Shown: positions 7,779-15,690 of the stretch, in pieces
Position numbering within the stretch: the stretch's first letter is position 1
How the letters are laid out: every line of letters begins with the position of its first letter
Origin: Candidatus Sulfobium sp.
Lineage (GTDB): Bacteria > Nitrospirota > Thermodesulfovibrionia > Thermodesulfovibrionales > UBA6898
Length of the DNA stretch: 38,775 nucleotides
Direction of reading: 5' to 3'
Assembly (NCBI GenBank): GCA_037380845.1
Contig: JARRRI010000018.1
Span: 4,034-42,808, forward strand
Made by a program: the position numbers and the translations under genes
The notes under the pieces: generated by a model
Seen by the model: only the letters and a program-made list of their open reading frames with translations
The model's database searches: none
Told to the model about the DNA's origin: nothing

Positions 7779-10415
7779 ATGGATAAATTTACGATAAAAA
7801 GCCAGGAGGCGATACAAAACGCGCAGGCCCTGGCCGAGAGAAAAGGACAGCAGCAGATCGACGTCGAACACCTCCTGTGGGTGCTGCTTGACGACGAGGA
7901 AGGTGTCGCGGCCCAGATACTGAAGAGACTGGGGACCAATATCGGCATGCTGAAGAGAGATGTCGAAGAGGCCGTGGACAGGATGCCAAAGGTAGTGGGT
8001 GCCACGCCCGTCGGCCAGATATACGTCTCGCAGCGTCTCAAGGAGGTCTTCGAAAGGGCCCAGAAGGAGGCCGAACACCTCCAGGACGAATTCATAAGCG
8101 TCGAGCACCTTCTGCTGGCAATATTGTCGGCGGGAGGCGCGGCATCGGATCTGCTGAAGCGTTACGGCGCAGAGGCCGACAAGATGCTCGGGGCGATGCG
8201 GGAAATCCGCGGGAGCCAGAGGGTAACCGACGAAAACCCCGAAGAGAAATACCAGGCGCTGAAGAAGTACAGCAAGGACCTCACCGGGCTGGCTTCGAAG
8301 GGGAAGCTCGACCCGGTCATAGGAAGAGACGAGGAGATAAGGAGGATCATCCAGGTCCTTTCGAGGCGTACCAAGAACAACCCCGTACTTATCGGCGACC
8401 CGGGCGTAGGAAAGACGGCGATAGCCGAGGGCCTTGCCCAGAGGATAGTGGCCGGCGACGTACCCGAAACACTCAAGGAAAAGAAGGTGGTTGCGCTTGA
8501 CATGGGCGCTCTCATTGCGGGATCGAAGTTCCGCGGAGAATTCGAAGAGAGGCTCAAGGCCGTCCTCAAGGAGATTGAAGAGGCCGAGGGTAAAGTAATT
8601 CTTTTCATCGACGAGCTTCACACCCTGGTGGGGGCCGGCGCCGCCGAGGGCGCAATCGATGCGTCGAACATGCTCAAGCCCGCCCTGGCAAGGGGCGATT
8701 TAAGGTGTGTAGGCGCTACCACCGTCGGGGAGTACAGGAAATATATCGAGAAAGACCCCGCCCTTGAAAGGAGATTCCAGCCGGTCCTCATAAAGGAACC
8801 GAGTGTCGAGGATACCATTTCAATCCTCAGGGGACTGAAGGAAAAATATGAAGTCCATCACGGCGTAAAGATAAAGGACGCGGCCCTCATATCGGCCGCT
8901 GTGCTGTCCCACAGGTATATAACCGACAGGTTCCTCCCGGATAAGGCGATAGACCTGATCGACGAGGCTGCCTCGAAACTGAGGATGGAGATCGACAGCA
9001 TGCCCGTCGAGCTCGACGAGATCGAGAGGAAGCTCAGACAGCTGGAAATAGAAAAACAGGCGGTCATGAAGGAAGACTCGAAGGAGGCAAAGGACAAGCT
9101 TGAAAAACTGAAGAAAGACATGTCCGAACTCCAGGTGAGGCGCGACGAACTGAGAGCCCACTGGCTGAGCGAGAAAGAGATCATTACCAGGATCCGCGGC
9201 TACAAGCAGCAGCTGGAAAAGACGAAGACCGAATCGGAAAAGGCCGAGAGGGAAGGCGACCTCGGGAAGGCAGCCGAACTCAGGTACGGAAAACTCCTCG
9301 ATTTGCAGAAGGCCCTTGAAAAGGAAAACGCTCAACTGCTGGAGGCCCAGGCCAAAAGGAAGATGCTCAAGGAAGAAGTGGACGAGGAGGATATAGCCGA
9401 GGTGGTGTCGAAGTGGACAGGGATCCCTGTTTCGAAGATGCTGGAAGGGGAGTCGCAGAAACTCCTGAAGATGGACGACCGTCTCCGCATGAGGGTCGTC
9501 GGTCAGGATGAAGCCATTACAGCCGTTTCCGACGCCGTAAGGAGGGCACGCGCGGGGATACAGGACCCCAACCGGCCGATCGGTTCCTTTATCTTTCTGG
9601 GGCCGACCGGGGTCGGAAAGACCGAGCTTGCGCGGGCGCTTGCCGAATTCCTGTTCGACGACGAAGACGCCATGATACGGATCGACATGTCCGAATACCA
9701 GGAGCGGCATACGGTATCGAGACTAATCGGGGCGCCCCCCGGCTATGTCGGCTATGAGGAGGGCGGACAGCTGACAGAGGCGGTCCGGAGAAGACCCTAT
9801 TCCGTTGTCTTGTTCGACGAGGTGGAGAAGGCCCACCCGGAGGTCTTCAATCTCCTTCTCCAGATGCTGGACGACGGGAGGCTCACCGACAGCCACGGAA
9901 AGACCGTGGATTTCAGGAACACTGTCGTCATCATGACATCGAATATCGGCAGTACGCATATTCACGAAATGCTGACCGAGAGGGCAAAGAGCCCGCTGGC
10001 CTATTGGGCGGAGACCGATAATTCCCTGAAGGAAAAGGTAATGGACGACCTGCGGAGTTTTTTCAAGCCGGAATTCCTGAACCGCGTGGATGAGGTCATC
10101 ATCTTCAACCCGCTGACAAAGGAACTCCTCAAGCAGATCGTGGAGATACAGGTACGGAGAATGAAGAGGTTTATCAAGGAGAAGAACATAGACATCGAGC
10201 TGACCGACAGCGCGAAGGAGCACTTCGCCGAGGTGGGTTTCGACCCCGTATACGGGGCCCGGCCCCTCAAGAGGGTGCTCCAGAAGATGATACTCAACGA
10301 ATTGGCCCGGAAGATTCTTGAAGGGACATTCACGGACGGCGATACGGTGGAAGTGGATTACGAAAACGGGAAGATCGTCTTCAACAAGGTCGTTGCAGCC
10401 GAGGTTGTTTCCTGA
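7779..10415 (+). CDS. clpB: ATP-dependent chaperone ClpB
   Basis: Two AAA+ modules ([16 protein letters not shown]), coiled-coil M domain, [16 protein letters not shown]. Confidence 0.98.
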   Translation: MDKFTIKSQEAIQNAQALAERKGQQQIDVEHLLWVLLDDEEGVAAQILKRLGTNIGMLKRDVEEAVDRMPKVVGATPVGQIYVSQRLKEVFERAQKEAEHLQDEFISVEHLLLAILSAGGAASDLLKRYGAEADKMLGAMREIRGSQRVTDENPEEKYQALKKYSKDLTGLASKGKLDPVIGRDEEIRRIIQVLSRRTKNNPVLIGDPGVGKTAIAEGLAQRIVAGDVPETLKEKKVVALDMGALIAGSKFRGEFEERLKAVLKEIEEAEGKVILFIDELHTLVGAGAAEGAIDASNMLKPALARGDLRCVGATTVGEYRKYIEKDPALERRFQPVLIKEPSVEDTISILRGLKEKYEVHHGVKIKDAALISAAVLSHRYITDRFLPDKAIDLIDEAASKLRMEIDSMPVELDEIERKLRQLEIEKQAVMKEDSKEAKDKLEKLKKDMSELQVRRDELRAHWLSEKEIITRIRGYKQQLEKTKTESEKAEREGDLGKAAELRYGKLLDLQKALEKENAQLLEAQAKRKMLKEEVDEEDIAEVVSKWTGIPVSKMLEGESQKLLKMDDRLRMRVVGQDEAITAVSDAVRRARAGIQDPNRPIGSFIFLGPTGVGKTELARALAEFLFDDEDAMIRIDMSEYQERHTVSRLIGAPPGYVGYEEGGQLTEAVRRRPYSVVLFDEVEKAHPEVFNLLLQMLDDGRLTDSHGKTVDFRNTVVIMTSNIGSTHIHEMLTERAKSPLAYWAETDNSLKEKVMDDLRSFFKPEFLNRVDEVIIFNPLTKELLKQIVEIQVRRMKRFIKEKNIDIELTDSAKEHFAEVGFDPVYGARPLKRVLQKMILNELARKILEGTFTDGDTVEVDYENGKIVFNKVVAAEVVS

Positions 10416-10419
10416 TACC

Positions 10420-10452
10420 AAAGGGGCGGGAAAACCCCGCCCCTTTTATTTT
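10420..10452 (+). terminator. Rho-independent terminator of clpB
   Basis: AAAGGGGCGGG, short loop, CCCGCCCCTTT followed by TATTTT. Confidence 0.9.
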
Positions 10453-10769
10453 CATCTGGAAATATTCATATTGCCGAACCATCGAGATCCTCCTATACTG
10501 CCTGAGACATCACCATACCACGCACAGCCGAGCCCGAAAACCATAATGGGAATCATGTTGTAGATTCCAACCAGTCGGTCTTTTCTGTCTTGCGGTGTCT
10601 GACTGAAAGGCCGCAGTTATCGACCGATGCAGCTCACCGAGACTTTGTCCTGTAACATGCGCGGCGCCAGGGACACAATGAATACTTTGCTTCAGTCGGT
10701 CTTGGCCTTCCCCGTCGTTGCCCGCGGTTGTTTGCGGCACGAACCCGGTGGGACGGGAAATCCAGGCAG

Positions 10770-11756
10770 TTAATCGCGGGCAAGAGCAACGACATCGTCG
10801 GCGCATCCCCACGAGAGAGTGACGCCGGCACCGCCGTGGCCGTAATTATGGATCAGGCGTTTCGCCTCCGGCATGTCTTCGGCCTCAAGTCTCACCACAG
10901 GGCGAGCGGGGCGCAGACCAACCTTTACCAGTTGGATATCTCTCTTGGCAACATCGGGAAAGAAGGCACCGCACCTCTTAACGATGTCAACCGTTGTTTC
11001 AGTGAGGGGGGTTCTGTCGTAAAGGTTCTCCTGGGCTGTACCCCCGAGTATGGTGTTGTCACCGCGAGGTACGATGTAGGTTACCCCTTCGGCATCTAAC
11101 AGAATTGTCCGTTCGATGGTACGTGGTATTTGCACGACTTGTCCGGCAATGGCATACACGCTTTTGTCCTTGATGCCTCCGATATCCCTCGATCCAAGGG
11201 CGGAACAGTTGACGACAAGGTCATGCCCGGCAAAGGCTTCATCGACTGACCCCACCTTTCTCAGGGTGATGTTGCCATAACCTTCAAAGGTCCTCCGGAG
11301 GTACTCGAGATACTTCGGCATCTCCACCATCCAGGTCCGAAATGAAAAACCATACAAAAACTCGTCGGGCAAATCGCCCTCAAAGGCTTCTTCCAATTCC
11401 TCTCTGGTCATTCTGCGAAGAGTCGGAACCACTGCCGACCACTCGGGAGTTTTGGGATAATTTCGGAAGACGGAAAGAAGCCGACGCTCTGCAACACCTG
11501 CTTTTGCTCCCGATTCTGCGGCAATTCGCGCGAATTGATCAAAAGTAACTTTTCCCCACCGCACCACCTGGTCAGGCGGGCCAACGATATACGGTTCCCA
11601 GAAGGCAGCTGCTGTTGCGGAGGTCGTCTCTTGCGGATCTTCCTCTGTCCAGATTTCAACGCGGTGACCGTTCTCGGCAAGACGGATGCCTGTGGTGAGA
11701 CCAGAAACTCCAGCGCCAATTACAAGTGCGGAAAAGGGGACAGATTTATTTTTCAT
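10770..11756 (-). CDS. D-amino acid oxidase family FAD oxidoreductase
   Basis: VIGAGVSG Rossmann motif, TSxxAAAFW, TYIVPR, GLRPAR, HNYGHGGAGVTLSWGCA (DAO signature). Confidence 0.92.
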   Translation of the reverse strand: MKNKSVPFSALVIGAGVSGLTTGIRLAENGHRVEIWTEEDPQETTSATAAAFWEPYIVGPPDQVVRWGKVTFDQFARIAAESGAKAGVAERRLLSVFRNYPKTPEWSAVVPTLRRMTREELEEAFEGDLPDEFLYGFSFRTWMVEMPKYLEYLRRTFEGYGNITLRKVGSVDEAFAGHDLVVNCSALGSRDIGGIKDKSVYAIAGQVVQIPRTIERTILLDAEGVTYIVPRGDNTILGGTAQENLYDRTPLTETTVDIVKRCGAFFPDVAKRDIQLVKVGLRPARPVVRLEAEDMPEAKRLIHNYGHGGAGVTLSWGCADDVVALARD

Positions 11757-12148
11757 CTACCTGCATGATCGCCTAAGGACGGCGGATGAGCTGCCTGCGA
11801 TCGGATGACCCAAAAAACGGGATTTAATTTTCACAGTCTCAAAAATAGTTCTTTCCTCCTTTTTGGGGTCATTGGCTCGGTCCGACCCCGGACTCCGCGA
11901 AAGATCAGCTCTGGATAGAAGCTTATAAAATGCTTCTTTCCATGGCGGTTTCTTCCCTACGATCCACCTTTATTAGTTATCGCTTGAAATATACACAATG
12001 TTCTACGCTTCTGCAACTGTTTGTTTCGGGAAGGAGATGAAAATTTGACCAATACGCTGAACAACTTCGCCGGGGCTATAGTACGGGACAAACTGCTCGT
12101 TCCGGAAAGAAGATCGGCCGCCGCAACCTTCCTTCCTGTAAACAACAC

Positions 12149-12177
12149 TTGAACACCAGTCAGGGGCAATGTACACT
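12149..12177 (+). promoter_or_regulatory. Sigma70-type promoter upstream of the FmdB gene
   Basis: TTGAAC (12149-12154), 17 nt, TACACT (12172-12177). Confidence 0.5.
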
Positions 12178-12214
12178 ACTATCAGAAATAGCTATGGCTG
12201 ACTAGGAGGGGGAT

Positions 12215-12382
12215 ATGCCAGAATACGATTATGTTTGTCTTAGTTGCGGCAAAGAGTTTGCTGTATTCTTTTCGTTCAAAGAACTCGAAGCAAATCCTGT
12301 TGTAAAATGTCCTGAGTGTAAGAGTGACAAGGTGAAAAAGAAAATTACCGGCTTCTTTGCTAAGACAAGCAAGAAGTCGTAG
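12215..12382 (+). CDS. FmdB-family zinc-ribbon protein (55 aa, below ORF-track cutoff)
   Basis: MPEYDYVCLSCGKEF...KCPECKSDKVKKKITGFFAKTSKKS*; RBS AGGAGG. Confidence 0.9.
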   Translation: MPEYDYVCLSCGKEFAVFFSFKELEANPVVKCPECKSDKVKKKITGFFAKTSKKS

Positions 12383-12408
12383 ATTCATTTTCTTCCTGAA
12401 GGCTGGCG

Positions 12409-13090
12409 TTAGGCTGAAAAATGAAATAAAATCCGGGAGGGGATCATGAGAACGATCCCCAAAGACCTTGCCTTGGTGGCAATCATCATGGGCTTAGAGT
12501 GTTGTCACGAAATCACTAAGGAGGAAAGGATGTCATGACGTCTGCTATCGACCAAGTGCTGGAAAGAAACCGGAGATATTCTGAAGGCTTTAACCAAGGT
12601 GGCCTGCTAGGAAGGCCGACCCGTCTTAGGCTTGCAGTAGTAGCCTGTATGGACTGTCGACTTCACGTATCAAAACTGTTGGGTTTGGAATTGGGAGATG
12701 CTCATATTATTCGGAACGCGGGTGGCATCGTGACGGAAGATGTATTGCGGTCGCTGATCGTCTCCTGCCATGTTGCAGGAACCCATGAGGTCATGATCAT
12801 CAACAACACAACGTGCGGGATGCTCACCTTCAAGAACGAGGAACTGGCGGCGAAGCTGCAGCAGGAAACAGGAAAGGTGCCCGTCGCGCCCGCTCACTTC
12901 TATGCCTTCACCGATTTGAAGGAAAACGTGCGCCTGCAGATGCGCAAGGTAAGGTCACACCCTTGGATACCGGAAGACATCCTGGTGCGGGGATTCATAT
13001 ACGATGTAGACAGGGGGCGGCTGACGGAGGTATCAGCCTAACAAAGCACTCTAGCCGATGCCTAAAGAGAGGCGCGGCTGAGCTTCATCG
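12409..13090 (+). mobile_element. Integron gene cassette carrying a beta-carbonic anhydrase
   Basis: Begins at G|TTAGGC (12408-12414) and ends in an attC whose inverse core GCCTAAC (13036-13042) is the exact complement of that start. Confidence 0.75.
12535..13041 (+). CDS. Beta-class carbonic anhydrase (clade D-like); Zn-ligand His appears replaced by Asn
   Basis: ACMDCR, RNAGG, IINNTTCGM (canonical HxxC), VRGFIYDVDRGRL. Confidence 0.9.
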   Translation: MTSAIDQVLERNRRYSEGFNQGGLLGRPTRLRLAVVACMDCRLHVSKLLGLELGDAHIIRNAGGIVTEDVLRSLIVSCHVAGTHEVMIINNTTCGMLTFKNEELAAKLQQETGKVPVAPAHFYAFTDLKENVRLQMRKVRSHPWIPEDILVRGFIYDVDRGRLTEVSA

Positions 13091-13096
13091 TTAATC
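13036..13096 (+). mobile_element. attC recombination site (61 bp)
   Basis: R'' GCCTAAC, spacer AAAGC, L'' region CTC(T)AGCCG pairing with L' region CGGCTGAG, short terminal stem GCCT/AGGC, R' GTTAATC. The gene stop TAA lies inside R''. Confidence 0.85.
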
Positions 13097-13363
13097 CCCA
13101 ATTCAAGTGGTAATCTGCAAAAGTTTCGCTTCGCAATACCTGTTAGTTCGTCGGTGTTAACAACACGAGTCGATGAAAATCGTGATCAGTCATCTTGAGT
13201 GGTCTGCGGGTGAAACTTTCTCTCGGCATTTCGCACCGAAGAAAGTGAGCTTTCAAAGATTCTCATGGGGCATGATCATGCACCGAAAGCAACAGGTCTT
13301 TCCAAGCAACGCCGCGATCGATATGGCCACACTGATGAAATCTAAACGGACGTCCCCCGAACC

Positions 13364-13833
13364 TCATGAAACGATGTTCGTAACGTCCGGCACCCGCTTT
13401 TTACCATGTTTAACAACGGCGGCCAGGAATGTCGACTTAAAGGCCTGACGGTCATGGCTGCCCTGAAAGGCGGAAGTTTCTCCAATGCTCCAACAACCTT
13501 CCCCAGTGCGCGGTGGCTGAGCATTTTCGGATCATCAAAGATGAGATCAGCCAGCTTGCCCCGTTCCACAGCCATGGCGATCCTCTGCTCGAAAACTGAC
13601 TCGGGAACCAGCACTCTCTGTGGTCGGGGTCTCATTGTTACAGCACCGGTCTTGCAGACCGTGCTGCAGACGCCGCATCCGAGGCAGAAATTTTCAGAGC
13701 GCACAGCCCATTTCTTCTTCTTCTGCCCCTCCGTTTTTTCTTCGATCCCGATAGCGCCCACCGGGCATGCTTTTACACATAGACCGCAACCTTTGCACTT
13801 TGAGAGGTCCAGATCGGAGACCCAGTTTGATAG
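13364..13833 (-). pseudogene. C-terminal half of a 2x[4Fe-4S] dicluster protein, 5'-truncated and frameshifted
   Basis: SNWVSDLDLSKCKGCGLCVKACPVGAI ... CLGCGVCSTVCKTGA. In-frame stop just upstream; an apparent 1-nt loss near 13438 moves the tail STFLAAVVKHGKKRVPDVTNIVS* into another frame. Confidence 0.8.
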
Positions 13834-13841
13834 GATCGTTC

Positions 13842-13927
13842 ATGTCGGGGATAGGACGTGCGATGGCGGTGGGTATCCGCACCACGTTCTTCAAAGAGGC
13901 AACAATCGGGAAGCAGTCTTTTTCGAA
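13842..13927 (+). pseudogene. N-terminal fragment of a REP-associated tyrosine (Y1/RAYT) transposase
   Basis: ATG 13842 gives MSGIGRAMAV, then a 1-nt shift gives GYPHHVLQRGNNREAVFFE, matching the RAYT N-terminal motif PHHxxQRGNNR. Confidence 0.8.
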
Positions 13928-14272
13928 AGCGCGAATTGTAACTTTCTGGGCCTTTCCATCTGCCGTCACGTTGTGACCTATCTCATAGTTGCTGACAATC
14001 GCAAGGTCGCTTCCAACCGTGATCCGCATGTCCTCGGGTTCTACCTGACCACCAAGTTTCAAGGCTGCCTGTGTCTGCCAGTCCGCCAATACGTCCTGCC
14101 AACCGAGACTAAAGCTACCTCCAGGGCCCATATAAGTCACATCATCCTTATGCGACCACACGTCTTTCATTGGCTGCAATTCACCAGTAAACATCGCATT
14201 AAGAGCAGAGTAGAATTGCTCTGCCGCCAGACGCACCCCTTCTATGTCCTTTTCCGTGAGCTGTTTCTTCAT
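13928..14272 (-). pseudogene. SnoaL/NTF2-like protein, 3'-truncated
   Basis: AAEQFYSALNAMFTGE..VWSH..VTYMGPGG..GWQDV..DLAIVSNYE..VTIRA, then runs into the antisense transposase fragment; the final strand of the fold is missing. Confidence 0.75.
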
Positions 14273-14417
14273 CTTTGACTCTCCCTGCCGGGGTCAGGTC
14301 GCGCACTGCTTGCTGACGAGAATATCTGCGGCTTGCCCCCGGGACTTTTTTTGTCAGACCTTTTCTTCTCAAAAAGTACCTTTTAAATCGGCGATCTTAC
14401 AGAAGAGTTTACGTCCA

Positions 14418-14852
14418 TTACATCTGCGCAATGAACTTTATCTCAATCAACTGTTGAGGTAAGGCCAAACGCGGCGTTACAAGTATTGTGCTGGAAACTT
14501 CCGGTTTTTCTGACCTGTATGCCTCTTTTCTTACCGGTCCCGCGACGGCAAACGCTGCATCCATATCCGTCACGTAGAGTACCTCCTCAATGACGTTGTC
14601 CAAAGTTGCGCCGTAAGAGTTCAAAATCTTCTCGGCATTCTTGTACGTTTGCCGCATCTGAGTTTCCATGTTCGAGTGATCAAGGATCTTCCCATCATCG
14701 TCAATAGGGGCGGGCCCTACGATATTTCCTTCCTCATCGTGACTCAGTTGCCCGGATACGTAGATCACGCCGCCAACTTTCACCGCTTGCGCATAACCGT
14801 AAGCAGCTTCCCATGGCATCCCGTGACTCCTGGCGTCTTTAATTATACTCAT
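14418..14852 (-). CDS. Rid (YjgF/YER057c/UK114) family protein
   Basis: YAQAVKVGGVIYVSGQ, LYVTDM, LIEI. The position of the catalytic Arg of RidA reads Ser (PEVSST), so it is likely a Rid4-7 type. Confidence 0.9.
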   Translation of the reverse strand: MSIIKDARSHGMPWEAAYGYAQAVKVGGVIYVSGQLSHDEEGNIVGPAPIDDDGKILDHSNMETQMRQTYKNAEKILNSYGATLDNVIEEVLYVTDMDAAFAVAGPVRKEAYRSEKPEVSSTILVTPRLALPQQLIEIKFIAQM

Positions 14853-14956
14853 TGTCTTCTTCCTCCCAGGTGTATGCAGGTCTTACCTAAGCAAACTTGC
14901 ATTTCCGAAAAAGCAGTGAGAGTAATCAGAGATAGATACTCTTTAACATCTGATTT

Positions 14957-14985
14957 AAGCATAGCAGGATTATGCTTCTTGTCAA
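14957..14985 (-). promoter_or_regulatory. Promoter of the Rid gene with an embedded palindromic operator
   Basis: Minus strand TTGACA, 16 nt, TATGCT with TG extension. AAGCATA-N7-TATGCTT at 14957-14977. Confidence 0.55.
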
Positions 14986-15164
14986 TGCATGCATCCAAAG
15001 ATCAAATAGTAATGACAGACGAATGCCTCAATCATTGCAGCAAATGTCTTACCGATAAATCTGAATTTCTTCAAAAGTGCATGCCGGTCTCCGGCGCGGG
15101 GCTCTCCAGTACGGTGTGTTATAATGTCTAAAGTCATGATTTTAGAATAAAGAAAGGAGGCAAT

Positions 15165-15662
15165 ATGGAGACAAAAGACGAAAAAGAAGTCGAATCTCTT
15201 GAAGGTTCGCTGGAAGGATACAAGGAAAAGATAGCCCCGGTCAATAAAGGTTGGATTACATGGGACAAGGACCTTATCTTCCTCGGCAGGACCCCGAGGG
15301 GGTACGAACTGGACTTCGACGCTCAGGCCCAGTGGGGATGCATTCCGACCGAGAGCCTCCTGCTGAGCGTGGCGGGATGCATGGCGATCGATTGTGTCTC
15401 GTTTCTGAAAAAGATGAAGGCGGAGATCACGAAGTTCAGGGTCGATATAGCCGGCGAGAGAAACCCCACTCCTCCCCAGTATTATAAGCGAATCGAGATG
15501 ACGATCAATATCGCTGGCACGGGCATAACTCCGAAGAAGATGGACCGGGTAATCTCCCTCTCGCAGGAGAAATACTGTTCCGTCTACCACTCCCTAAGAA
15601 AGGACCTGGAGGTCAACGTCTCCTACAATATCGAAGAGGCCGGAAAAGAATCTGAGAGCTGA
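15165..15662 (+). CDS. OsmC/YhfA family protein
   Basis: PTESLLLSVAGCMAID and EKYCSV Cys pair; RBS AAGGAGG; extended -10 TGtTATAAT at 15117-15125. Confidence 0.9.
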   Translation: METKDEKEVESLEGSLEGYKEKIAPVNKGWITWDKDLIFLGRTPRGYELDFDAQAQWGCIPTESLLLSVAGCMAIDCVSFLKKMKAEITKFRVDIAGERNPTPPQYYKRIEMTINIAGTGITPKKMDRVISLSQEKYCSVYHSLRKDLEVNVSYNIEEAGKESES

Positions 15663-15690
15663 CCGGCTGAAGGCTTGCAGCTGAAAATTC

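Noticed and set aside
7245..10421. Long antisense ORFs opposite clpB (458, 296, 232 aa) and similar ones opposite lpxK, the aldolase, zwf and others
   Set aside because: Shadow frames of GC-rich, codon-biased genes with no recognisable motifs.
10572..10703. 11-bp direct repeat CAGTCGGTCTT
   Set aside because: Only two copies with no element structure; compatible with chance.
10640..10775. GATTAAC at the DAO stop as a possible attC inverse core
   Set aside because: No L boxes and no properly spaced GTTRRRY downstream on that strand.
13406..14278. 290-aa plus-strand ORF
   Set aside because: Mostly antisense to the Fe-S and SnoaL fragments; only the short GYPHHVLQRGNNR stretch is meaningful.
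10770..14852. Functional pairing of DAO with the Rid protein (imine removal)
   Set aside because: The Rid protein lacks the catalytic Arg, and the genes are separated by unrelated fragments.
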